A DNA stretch of 57,251 nucleotides, from contig JAISEO010000101.1 in assembly GCA_031264075.1 (NCBI GenBank), positions 1 through 57,251 on the forward strand. The letters are read 5' to 3'. This document shows, one piece after another, positions 1 to 8,534 of the stretch (positions are counted from its first letter, which is position 1; the number at the start of each line of letters is the position of its first letter). The notes under the pieces were generated by a model. That model had not been told where the DNA came from, ran no database searches, and saw nothing but the letters and a program-made list of their open reading frames with translations. This DNA comes from Coriobacteriales bacterium. Lineage in GTDB: Bacteria; Actinomycetota; Coriobacteriia; Coriobacteriales; UBA8131. Made by a program: the position numbers and the translations under genes.

Positions 1-716
1 GAGATATGCACCAGGCCGTCAATACCGCCCAGGTCGACAAAGGCACCAAAGTCCACGATGGAGCTGACGTTGCCCTTGAGACGCATGCCCTTGGTGAGCT
101 TCTCCAGGATCTCGGAACGCTCATTCTTGCGGCCCTCCTCAAGCACAACGCGGCGGGAGAGCACGACATTATTGCGATTGCGGTCCATCTCGATGATGCG
201 CGCCTCGATGCGCTCGCCGGTAAAGGACTCCAGATCCTTGACACGACGCAGATCCACCAGGGATGCCGGCAGAAAGCCGCGCAGGCCAATGTCCACGATG
301 AGCCCACCCTTGACCACCTCGATGACCTCACCGACGACAGCCTCGGAAGCATTGAACTTCTCCTCAACATCTATCCAGGCACGCTCGTACTCAGCGCGCT
401 TCTTGGAGAGGATCAGACGGCCGTCCTTGTCTTCCTTTTGCAGGACGAGCGCCTCTACCGTGTCGTCTATGGAGACGATTTCGCCCGGGTCGGCGTCTTT
501 GCGAATGGAGAGTTCACGAAGCGGTATGACTCCTTCGGACTTGAAGCCAATGTCCAGGAGGACTTCGTCATGCTCAATCCTGACCACCGTACCGGTTACG
601 AGGTCGCCCTCATCAAAGTCGGTGATGGTGTCGTCAATCAAGTCGTTGAATGTTTCGTCGGTGATGTCACCCAGCTCAATGACATCGGGGTTTTGAATCT
701 CACTCAAGGGAAGCCC
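1..716 (-). CDS. rpsA: 30S ribosomal protein S1, 5' part (gene continues beyond position 1)
   Basis: Not in the ORF track because it runs off the window. Minus-strand translation from TTG 716 gives SEIQNPDVIELGDITDETFNDLIDDTITDFDEGDLVTGTVVRIEHDEVLLDIGFKSEGVIP...RLKGNVSSIVDFGAFVDLGGIDGLVHI. These are consecutive S1/OB-fold repeats. A GAGAGGGG run lies just upstream of the TTG. The 6..848 plus-strand ORF is its antisense artefact. Confidence 0.9.
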
Positions 717-994
717 CTCTCATATTGGGGCCCATTCTCCATGTTACGTAAGTCTCGCGGTTTTCAACATGTATCCGGGGCCATGACAATTACCAGACGC
801 CCGCTCAAGGCGCCACAGACCCAGTATATTGTTTTGGCGCAGATTTAACAACCGTAATCGCGCATTTTGCCCGACATTTACCCGCGATTGGCTACCGGAT
901 TGGTTACCGGGCGCATTCGCGGCTTTCTGTGCCAAGGCGATAGGCCAGAACGGTACTGGGAATATAGTGTTGTCAGAAAACTCTGGGGAGGATC

Positions 995-1462
995 CTAGTC
1001 TACCTGGGTCGTGAGGAACTGTTGGAGCGACATCTGCTCTATCAGGTCCTGCAGATCCTCTATGTCGTCGATGTGACGGTCTTCATCGTTGAGGATACCC
1101 ACCAGTATGTCGCGCGTGGCGTAGTCGAGCTTCTCGCCCGCCAGCACTATGGCCGCGTTGTAGTCCTTGATGGTATTGAACTCGGAGTTGTGGTCGTTGT
1201 CTATCTGAGTGGGGATGTCTTTTCCGATGTTTATCTCGCTCAGATTGCTGACGATGGGAGAGCCCTCCAGGAAGAGGATCCGCTCGATGAGTTTCTCGGC
1301 GTGCTTCATCTCGTCGATTGCGCGCTTCTTGACGTTCTTGCTCAGCTTGTTATACCCCCAATCCTCGCACATCTCCGCATGGACGATGTATTGATTGATT
1401 GCGGTCAGCTCGCCTTCGAGCAGATTGTTCAAGCTATCAATGATTTCTGGATTGCTTTTCAT
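995..1462 (-). CDS. bfr: bacterioferritin (ferritin-like di-iron protein)
   Basis: MKSNPEIIDSLNNLLEGELTAINQYIVHAEMCEDWGY...EMKHAEKLIERILFLEG matches the bacterioferritin pattern, including the di-iron Glu/His ligands and a Met at the heme-ligand position. I chose ATG 1462 (GAAGGGAG SD upstream) rather than the longer track start at 1522. Confidence 0.85.
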   Translation of the reverse strand: MKSNPEIIDSLNNLLEGELTAINQYIVHAEMCEDWGYNKLSKNVKKRAIDEMKHAEKLIERILFLEGSPIVSNLSEINIGKDIPTQIDNDHNSEFNTIKDYNAAIVLAGEKLDYATRDILVGILNDEDRHIDDIEDLQDLIEQMSLQQFLTTQVD

Positions 1463-1615
1463 GAGAAACTCCCTTCGTCGGGCCTGGTCACTGTGACTCG
1501 TTGCTCCAATAAGACTGTCCATCTAGGATACATCGTCTGTGCAGGCGTGTAAAGGTCAGAAGCTGCCGTTGGTAGTGTGGGCTTGTTGCTGCGAAGTTGA
1601 CAGGATTTTCTCGAC

Positions 1616-1644
1616 TTGAACTCGCCGGGGATTTGCTTTAGTAT
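1616..1644 (+). promoter_or_regulatory. candidate sigma-70 promoter for metNIQ (TTGAAC-N17-TAGTAT)
   Basis: TTGAAC at 1616-1621, a 17-nt spacer, TAGTAT at 1639-1644. This leaves a leader of about 170 nt before the metN ATG at 1822. Confidence 0.35.
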
Positions 1645-1821
1645 ACGTCGGATGATTTTTTCTTTGCGACAGAGCAGCTGTGTTCGTATGTACATGCCCA
1701 AGCCTGGGTTATTTCGTGCGCGCGCTATGACTCAGGCATACTAACTCCCGGCGACCGCTGCGTGTGCCCCGCGTTACAGCAGGTCGCGTCTCCCCCGTTT
1801 ACCCACAACTGAAGGAACAGC

Positions 1822-2643
1822 ATGATACAGATCGAGCATCTGTCTAAAAGCTTTGACTCGCCTGCGTCCAGGAACCGCGACTCGGCGATGAGCTGCCATC
1901 ACGCCCTGCAAGACGTGAGCCTTACCATAGATGATGGTGATATATTTGGCATCATCGGTTCGTCTGGCGCCGGCAAGTCTACGCTGGTGCGCTGTATCAA
2001 TCTGCTGGAACGGCCGACTTCGGGGCATATCTACGTTGACGGAAACGAGATAACGCGCTACCGGGGCAGGCAATTGCTCCAACTCCGCGCAAGCATGGGC
2101 ATGATATTTCAGCACTTCAGCCTGTTCGCACAGCGCTCCGTGCTGAGAAACGTGACCTTTCCGCTTGAGATACAGCATGAGCCGCGGCGCACCTGCGACT
2201 CCCGTGCCCGAGAGCTACTACAGCTCGTGGGCATAGCCGAAAAGGAAGAAGCCTATCCCAGCCAGCTCAGTGGCGGCCAGCAGCAACGGGTGGCCATTGC
2301 CCGCGCGCTCGCCAACAAGCCGCGCGTCATGCTCTGCGACGAAGCCACGAGCGCGCTCGACACGGCAACGACGGTCTCCATCCTCAGGCTTCTGCGCAGC
2401 ATCAACGTCGAGCTGGGAGTCACCATCATCATAATCACCCACTCTCTCGCGGTAACCGAAAGGATCTGCAACAAGATAGCCGTACTCGACAAGGGGCGGC
2501 TGGTTGAACAGGGCCCGACCAGAGAGATCCTGCAAAACCCACAGAGCCAGGCAACCCGCGAGTTGCTTGTGGCCGATACCGTCGCGGCCTTTCATGGGGC
2601 GGAAGCTGCAGTTGGCCCCGCCTGCAAGGGAGCCTTCCTCTGA
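1822..2643 (+). CDS. metN: methionine ABC transporter ATP-binding protein (short form, no C-terminal NIL domain)
   Basis: Walker A GSSGAGKST, ABC signature LSGGQQQRVAIARAL, Walker B LCDEATSALD. GAAGGA SD upstream. The stop overlaps the metI ATG (TGATG). Confidence 0.9.
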   Translation: MIQIEHLSKSFDSPASRNRDSAMSCHHALQDVSLTIDDGDIFGIIGSSGAGKSTLVRCINLLERPTSGHIYVDGNEITRYRGRQLLQLRASMGMIFQHFSLFAQRSVLRNVTFPLEIQHEPRRTCDSRARELLQLVGIAEKEEAYPSQLSGGQQQRVAIARALANKPRVMLCDEATSALDTATTVSILRLLRSINVELGVTIIIITHSLAVTERICNKIAVLDKGRLVEQGPTREILQNPQSQATRELLVADTVAAFHGAEAAVGPACKGAFL

Positions 2644-3320
2644 TGGAAGCCTTACAGACCTTCTTCGAGAACTACGGCGCACTGCTCGGGCGAGGCACGC
2701 TCGACACGCTGCTGATGACCTCGATCTCCACCGTTTTTGCCTATGTCCTGGGCATACCCCTCGGCATCCTCGTCACGCTCACCGCTCCTCAGGGGCTTTG
2801 GCCTCATCCCGTGTTCAACACGGTACTCGGGTGGATACTCAATATCGGGCGCTCCATCCCGTTCATCATCCTGCTGGTGGCCCTTATCCCGCTCACGCGG
2901 TTCCTCGTAGGAACAGCACTCGGCGTGGCCGGTGCCATCGTACCGCTCGTGTTTGCGGCTGCTCCCTTCGTGGGGCGCATGGTGGAGCAGAGCCTGGCGG
3001 AGGTGGACGGCGGACTTACGGAGGCGGCCCAGAGTTTTGGGGCTTCGATAGGACAGATAGTGTACAAGGTGCTGTTGAAGGAGAGCGTTCCCTCGCTTAT
3101 CCGCGGTGCCGCCATCACGTTTATCACCCTGTTTGGCTACTCGGCCATGGCCGGCACGGTGGGAGCGGGAGGCCTGGGCGACATCGCCATCCGATACGGC
3201 TACCAGCGCTACCAGGACGACGTCATGATTGCCGCGGTGCTGCTCTGCATCGTCCTCGTGCAGATAGTCCAGAGCATTGGAGACCTCGCCGCACGAAAGA
3301 TTGACAAACGCAACAGATAA
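2643..3320 (+). CDS. metI: methionine ABC transporter permease
   Basis: Polytopic membrane protein of 225 aa with a MetI-type EAA-like loop (LTEAAQSFGAS). Translationally coupled to metN. Confidence 0.9.
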   Translation: MEALQTFFENYGALLGRGTLDTLLMTSISTVFAYVLGIPLGILVTLTAPQGLWPHPVFNTVLGWILNIGRSIPFIILLVALIPLTRFLVGTALGVAGAIVPLVFAAAPFVGRMVEQSLAEVDGGLTEAAQSFGASIGQIVYKVLLKESVPSLIRGAAITFITLFGYSAMAGTVGAGGLGDIAIRYGYQRYQDDVMIAAVLLCIVLVQIVQSIGDLAARKIDKRNR

Positions 3321-3410
3321 GGACAGACACCAGCCCAAACAACCACGTACGACCACACAAGCGTGCACCAAAGTGCACAACACGACACAGAAAAGAACAG
3401 GAGAACCATC

Positions 3411-4283
3411 ATGAACACAAAGAAACTGACAGGCCTGGCACTACTGACCGCTCTCATTGTGAGCCTGACCCTGACCCTGGCACTCGCAGGCTGCGGTGGA
3501 CAAGGCACCTCGGCCTCGGCAGGCAGTGGCACGGAAGGCAGCGCGGCAGACGGCGGCACAGTCATCAAAGTGGGGGCCTCCCCCGCTCCCCACGCTGAGA
3601 TCCTCGCGCAGGTCAAGGATATCCTGGCAGGCGAAGGCTACACACTGGAGGTAGTGGAGTATTCCGATTACATCCAGCCCAATGAGGCCCTCTCGGACGG
3701 CACGCTGGACGCGAACTATTTTCAGCACATCGCCTATCTGGAAAACTACAACGATGAAAACGGTACCAACCTGGTCTCGGCAGGAGGGGTTCACTTTGAG
3801 CCACTGTGCCTCTATCCCGGCAAGACGCTCAGCCTGGACGCCCTGGGAGATGGAGCCGAGATCGCCGTACCGTCAGACCCCACCAACGAGGCGCGCGCGC
3901 TGCTCCTGCTTGAAGACGAGGGCCTCATCACGCTCAAGGAGGGCGTTGGACTGGAGGCCACCCCCAATGACATCGCCAGCAACCCCCGGAATATCGTTAT
4001 AGTCGAGGCAGAGGCCGCTGCGCTGCCGCGCACGCTGGAGGATGTGGACGCGGCGGTTATCAACGGCAACTACGCTATCGGTGCGGGTCTCGACCCTGAT
4101 ACCGCCCTTGCCAGCGAGGATGTTTCGTCTGCCGCCGCCGAGCGCTACGTCAACGTCATTGCGGTGCGGGCGGGCGACGAGGACTCCGACAAGATCAAAG
4201 CGCTCGTCAAGGCCCTGCAAAGCACCACGGTCAAGACCTATATCGAGCAGACCTACAACGGAGCGGTGCTCTTCGTTTCATAG
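3411..4283 (+). CDS. metQ: MetQ/NlpA-family substrate-binding lipoprotein
   Basis: MNTKKLTGLALLTALIVSLTLTLALAGCGG carries a lipobox (LAGC). The body (IKVGASPAPHAEIL...NYFQH...) is typical of the NlpA/MetQ family. Start set at ATG 3411 rather than the track start at 3363. Confidence 0.88.
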   Translation: MNTKKLTGLALLTALIVSLTLTLALAGCGGQGTSASAGSGTEGSAADGGTVIKVGASPAPHAEILAQVKDILAGEGYTLEVVEYSDYIQPNEALSDGTLDANYFQHIAYLENYNDENGTNLVSAGGVHFEPLCLYPGKTLSLDALGDGAEIAVPSDPTNEARALLLLEDEGLITLKEGVGLEATPNDIASNPRNIVIVEAEAAALPRTLEDVDAAVINGNYAIGAGLDPDTALASEDVSSAAAERYVNVIAVRAGDEDSDKIKALVKALQSTTVKTYIEQTYNGAVLFVS

Positions 4284-4320
4284 GCGCCAGTCTCTCCAAC
4301 GCTGTCCGATTCGCAATCGG

Positions 4321-4370
4321 CGCACCAAAAACACCGGTGCTCGCAACAGACGTGGCACCGGTGTTGTGCG
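4321..4370. terminator. imperfect GC-rich hairpin between convergent metQ and sensor kinase genes
   Basis: cgcaccaaaaacaccggtgc ... gcaccggtgttgtgcg can pair with one bulge. A small ccgatt/aatcgg hairpin lies at 4306-4320. There is no clean U-tract. Confidence 0.3.
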
Positions 4371-4416
4371 CCCCGGGCAGGGATGCTCCGGAGAAGAAAC
4401 CATCCCCTATCCCCTG

Positions 4417-7371
4417 TCATCGCCTTCCGCCTCCCTGGCCCAGGAACTCGTGCAGGGTGCTGTAGACGATGGCGACATCGACAGGCTTGGCCAGATGCCT
4501 GTTCATGCCGCTGGCCAGCGCCTTTTCCACGTCCTCATTAAAGGCGTTTGCCGTCATGGCGATGATGGGCACGGTGAGGGCATCCTCGCGGGGCAACTGT
4601 CGTATCGCACGGGCGGCTTCATGGCCGTTCATAAGGGGCATTTGAATGTCCATGAGCACGGCATCGTAGTAGCCCACCGGCGAGGCTTCAAACCGCTCAA
4701 CGGCCTCCCTGCCGTTCTCCGCGTCCTCGAGTAGCACGCCGCTGTCTGCGAGCAACTCCCTGAGGATGACCCGGTTGACCTCGACATCCTCTGCCAGGAG
4801 CAGTCTCCTGCCCTCAAAATCCGGAGTCTCCCGCGCATACTCGGGGAGCTGCGGGAGTTGGGCCTTTGCAAAGGTCGCGACGAAGAAGAACCGTGAGCCC
4901 TCCCCCAGACGGCTCTGAACCTTGATCTCGCCACCCATCTTCTGCACCATGGTCTGGCTGATGGCGAGGCCGAGCCCGGTGCCGCCGTAGCGTACCGATA
5001 TGCTGTCCTCGGTTTGCGAGAAGGGCGTGAAGAGGCGCGAACACTGCTCTTCGGTCATGCCGATACCCGTGTCCTGTACTGCAAACTCCAGCGTAATGTC
5101 CCGATCAGATTCGCGCACGGTCTGCACGGTAAAACTCACGTGCCCGTGGGCATCGGTGAACTTGACCGCATTGCCCAGCAGGTTGATGAGCACCTGTTTG
5201 AGGCGCAGCTTGTCGCCCTCCACACCGGTGTCTACGCCTTCGTCAAAGGTGGCGACAAAGCCTATGTGCTTTTCCGTACAGCGCTGCGTGAATATCTCCT
5301 CCACCTCACGCATGGCCACCAGCAGCGCAAAGGGCTCAGTGACAAGCGTGAACTTGCCCGACTCTATCTTGGCCATGTCCAGAATGTCGTTGAGCACCCC
5401 GAGCAGATGGTCGGAGGCCGCGATAATACTGTTGTTGGCCTTTCGGGCCTTTTCCGGCACGCCGGCAACCTGCCTGCTTATCTGCGCCATGCCGATGATG
5501 GCGTTGAGCGGCGTGCGGATCTCATGGCTCATATTGGAGAGAAAGTCGCCCTTTGCCTTTGAGGCCTGCTGGGCAACCTCGGTCTGCACCTCCAGTTCGC
5601 GGGTACGCTGGTGGACGAGGGCCTGGAGCCTCCGGGCAGAATTGTGACGGCGGTACAGCATGATGAGCAGCAGCGCCAACACGGTGATGAGCAGCAGGGT
5701 GAGTCCAATCAGAAAGGGCTGCTGCTCGCGGGCCAGCTTGTCGCGATAGTCAAAGACACGATACAGCCAACCGCTTGCGATGGTCTCGGTGTCCACCAAC
5801 TCCTGGGCCTTGCCGATTATGGAACAGAGCTCTTCCTCGCCCACGGCCAGGCCAAAACGGGATTCGTAGACATTGTCGAAGAGGATGTTGACCTTAAAGC
5901 CCGGTCGTTCATGGTAATTGGTCATGCTCAGCATGGAGTCGCGGGTGGCCATGACAAAGTCGACGTCGCCCGTTTCCAGGGCCTGGTAGCAGGCATCGCT
6001 TGTGGCATAGAGCCTCGTGTACTGATGATTGGGGAACCACTTCTCAAACATCTCCAGGTAGACCGAACCCTCTATGATACCCACGCGGGAGTACCAGATC
6101 TGGTTGACCTCGATGTTTGCCTTGCCGGAAAGGGAGATGAGCGCATAGTTGTCCATGCTGTATGAGCTTGCAGGCCAGAGAAAATGACCCTGCCGTTCAA
6201 GCGAGGGAACCAGCTCGGTGGTCAGGGCCACTTCTCCCTCTTCCAGCTGCCGCAGCAGTTCTGTCCAGGTGGTGTCCGGCTCATTGCGTATGGCAAACCG
6301 CAGTCCGGTGAGACGCTCTATCTCTGCCAGCACGTCGTGGGCGATGCCCTGCCACTCCTTCTCTTCCGTGTTGTAGAAGCTGATGGGATAGTTGTCCGGC
6401 TCGGCGGTGATGGGTATGCCCTCAACTCCGCCTGCCGTAGCTTCGCCGTTCTGCTGGTTTCTGGCCAGCCAGGCCTTTTCTTCGTCGCTCAACTGGAGGT
6501 ACAGCTTGTGTTGCAAATACTCCTGCTCCCCCTGGTTGTATAACTCGGTAAGCTGGTACAGAGCACCCTGCTCGAGATACTTCTGCACAACCGAGATGAT
6601 GGGTGCGAGTTCGGCATGGGGGGTGGCAAGGGATACCGGTGTGTAAATCAGGGGAAAATAATCCCGCGCAACGATGTCCGGGTACTCATCGAGCGCGGCC
6701 TCTGCCACTCCCTCCGCAAAGAAGGCGTCTATGCTGCCGTTGCGCAACAGCGTGGCGACTTCGTCGGAGTTCTGCACGAAGCGCGCGTCAAAGTCGTATT
6801 CTGAACTCTCCTCAACCAGGCCTTTTGTGGTTGTGCCCTCCAGGAAGCCGTAGCGGAGCGTTCGCTCAGCCGCGATTTCTGAGAACCTGGGGCTGTCCGC
6901 GAGCCGAAAGGTTCTGATGAACCGCTCCGCTATGGCGTCCGTCATGAAGTAGGTTTCGCGGCGCTCGTCTGTTGCCGTGAGCTCATTGGTAAAATCGAAT
7001 CTGTGGCTGGCAAGACCTGCCATCAAGTCGTCCCACGCTGCCAATTCCGGGTTAAACGGTATGCCGAACAGATCGGTGAGCCAGTTGCACAGGAGCTTGG
7101 AATAGCCGCCCACGCTGCCATCGGTAGCTATGAACGCTTCTGTCGTAGCCAGCTGGGCGAGCGTGAACGCGCTCTGACTCGACCGCAAACGCTCTATGGC
7201 ATCGATTTCTTCCTGCGAAACCCCGGGGATGTCCGTATAGCTTGCGTAGACCGGGTACTCCTCAACCTGAACAGCGGCGTTGTCCGGAGAACACCCGGCG
7301 CACAGGCTCACGGTGAGCATACCGGCGAGGCACAGTGCGAGACCTTTTTTGAGCATACTCGTCTCAGACAC
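4417..7371 (-). CDS. hybrid sensor histidine kinase/response regulator with two extracytoplasmic solute-binding (SBP_bac_3-like) domains
   Basis: N-terminal signal/lipobox-like LSLCAGCS, then two periplasmic-binding-protein-like regions and a TM segment (FLIGLTLLLITVLALLLIMLY). H-box SHEIRTPLNAIIGM, G-box GGTGLGLAIS, and a C-terminal receiver (LLAEDVEVN...LMDIQMP...AMTANAF...HLAKP). GTG 7371 has a GAGG SD upstream. Confidence 0.9.
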   Translation of the reverse strand: MSETSMLKKGLALCLAGMLTVSLCAGCSPDNAAVQVEEYPVYASYTDIPGVSQEEIDAIERLRSSQSAFTLAQLATTEAFIATDGSVGGYSKLLCNWLTDLFGIPFNPELAAWDDLMAGLASHRFDFTNELTATDERRETYFMTDAIAERFIRTFRLADSPRFSEIAAERTLRYGFLEGTTTKGLVEESSEYDFDARFVQNSDEVATLLRNGSIDAFFAEGVAEAALDEYPDIVARDYFPLIYTPVSLATPHAELAPIISVVQKYLEQGALYQLTELYNQGEQEYLQHKLYLQLSDEEKAWLARNQQNGEATAGGVEGIPITAEPDNYPISFYNTEEKEWQGIAHDVLAEIERLTGLRFAIRNEPDTTWTELLRQLEEGEVALTTELVPSLERQGHFLWPASSYSMDNYALISLSGKANIEVNQIWYSRVGIIEGSVYLEMFEKWFPNHQYTRLYATSDACYQALETGDVDFVMATRDSMLSMTNYHERPGFKVNILFDNVYESRFGLAVGEEELCSIIGKAQELVDTETIASGWLYRVFDYRDKLAREQQPFLIGLTLLLITVLALLLIMLYRRHNSARRLQALVHQRTRELEVQTEVAQQASKAKGDFLSNMSHEIRTPLNAIIGMAQISRQVAGVPEKARKANNSIIAASDHLLGVLNDILDMAKIESGKFTLVTEPFALLVAMREVEEIFTQRCTEKHIGFVATFDEGVDTGVEGDKLRLKQVLINLLGNAVKFTDAHGHVSFTVQTVRESDRDITLEFAVQDTGIGMTEEQCSRLFTPFSQTEDSISVRYGGTGLGLAISQTMVQKMGGEIKVQSRLGEGSRFFFVATFAKAQLPQLPEYARETPDFEGRRLLLAEDVEVNRVILRELLADSGVLLEDAENGREAVERFEASPVGYYDAVLMDIQMPLMNGHEAARAIRQLPREDALTVPIIAMTANAFNEDVEKALASGMNRHLAKPVDVAIVYSTLHEFLGQGGGRR

Positions 7372-7555
7372 TGCCGTACCTCATGCCACTTCTGAATTGC
7401 TTCACCTCAGACCACCTTATCAGGCTCACGTGCGCTGCCCACACCTGTTGGCTCGTTGCGGAATTGTGTCAGATTATAGGCGAAAAGTGAATTGCATGCC
7501 AGGGATAGCGGGCGCAGGTCGCAACGGCAAGGCCTGTTTGAGCTATACTGGAAGC

Positions 7556-8365
7556 ATGCAGGATACCCTGGCACATAAGGAGGCGGCCCTCAGGGAGTTT
7601 TTGGAAGGCTGCGACGGCATCGCGGTGGCCTTGAGCGGTGGCGTGGACTCTACGCTTCTCATGGATGTGGCGCATGAGGTTCTGGGGCCGCGGGCCCTGG
7701 CGCTCACCGCCTGCACGGCGAGTTTTCCCGAGCGCGAGCGGCTGGCCGTGCGTGCCTTCTGCGAGGAGCGGGGGATTCGCCAGATTGAGGTGGACAGTGG
7801 GGAGTTTTCCGTGCCCGGCTTTACCGAAAACCCGCCGGATCGCTGCTATCACTGCAAACGCGCGCTGTTCAGCACGCTGCTTCCGCTTGCTGCGGCAGAA
7901 GGCATCTCCGTGCTGGCAGAGGGATCCAATCTCGACGACGAACAGGACTACCGACCGGGCCTTGCCGCCCTCGGCGAGCTGGACATAGTCTCACCCCTGA
8001 AGCGTGCCGGCTTTACCAAGGGCGACATTCGCGCGCTCTCCCGGGAGCGTGGCCTCGCCACCTGGGATAAGCCCGCGTGCGCCTGCCTGGCCTCCCGCGT
8101 GCCGTATGGCACCGAGATATCCCCCGAACTCCTGCTCCGCATAGACCGGGCCGAACAGTGCCTGCTCGACACCGGGATCAGACAGGTGAGAGTGCGTGTC
8201 CACGACGATCTCGCTCGCATTGAGGTAGCCGAGGGCGACGTGCCGCTGTTTGCCAGCGAGGGGTTCCGTCATGGCGTTACCGCCTGCCTGCAGGAACTGG
8301 GATTCACCTACGTAACCCTCGACCTGATGGGCTATCGCACGGGCTCGCTGACCCGGGCTTTGTGA
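7556..8365 (+). CDS. larE: LarE-like ATP-dependent sulfur transferase / PP-loop ATP pyrophosphatase (TIGR00268-like)
   Basis: PP-loop SGGVDS; cysteines in DRCYHCK and PACACLASRVPYG; C-terminal ARIEV...TLDLMGYRTGS. Start set at ATG 7556. The track ORF starts at 7280 but overlaps the kinase gene. Confidence 0.8.
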   Translation: MQDTLAHKEAALREFLEGCDGIAVALSGGVDSTLLMDVAHEVLGPRALALTACTASFPERERLAVRAFCEERGIRQIEVDSGEFSVPGFTENPPDRCYHCKRALFSTLLPLAAAEGISVLAEGSNLDDEQDYRPGLAALGELDIVSPLKRAGFTKGDIRALSRERGLATWDKPACACLASRVPYGTEISPELLLRIDRAEQCLLDTGIRQVRVRVHDDLARIEVAEGDVPLFASEGFRHGVTACLQELGFTYVTLDLMGYRTGSLTRAL

Positions 8366-8381
8366 AGGGGGACAGGGGGGC

Positions 8382-8493
8382 GGGGACACAGGGGGCCGGG
8401 GCAAACTGTGTCCCTTTGGCAGAGAAGCCTGTTGAGTGGTCCTACTGCCTGCTTGCCAAAGGGGGACAGTTTGCCCCGGCCCCCAGTGTCCCC
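8382..8493. repeat. GC-rich imperfect inverted repeat (about 40-nt arms, 32-nt loop) between convergent larE and pepP
   Basis: Left arm ggggacacagggggccggggcaaactgtgtccctttggca (8382-8421) against right arm tgccaaagggggacagtttgccccggcccccagtgtcccc (8454-8493). About 37/40 positions are complementary. Confidence 0.7.
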
Positions 8494-8534
8494 CTCCCCC
8501 CGTACCCCATTCGTCCCCCATAGATATACATGAG

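Noticed and set aside
6-848. 280-aa plus-strand ORF at the window start
   Set aside because: It is the antisense of rpsA. The minus-strand translation gives unmistakable S1-domain repeats, while the plus-strand product has low-complexity, Leu/Asp/Val-rich antisense character.
1645-1821. SAM riboswitch or T-box upstream of metN
   Set aside because: I could not find the conserved S-box (…GAGGGA…GCCC…GCAACC…), SAM-IV or T-box (…GGTGGTACCGCG…) cores by eye. It is kept only as an unclassified leader.
7280-7555. Upstream 92 codons of the larE-like ORF
   Set aside because: This stretch overlaps the start of the kinase gene on the other strand and has no homology-like features. The conserved LarE N-terminus begins at MQDTLAHKEAAL (ATG 7556).
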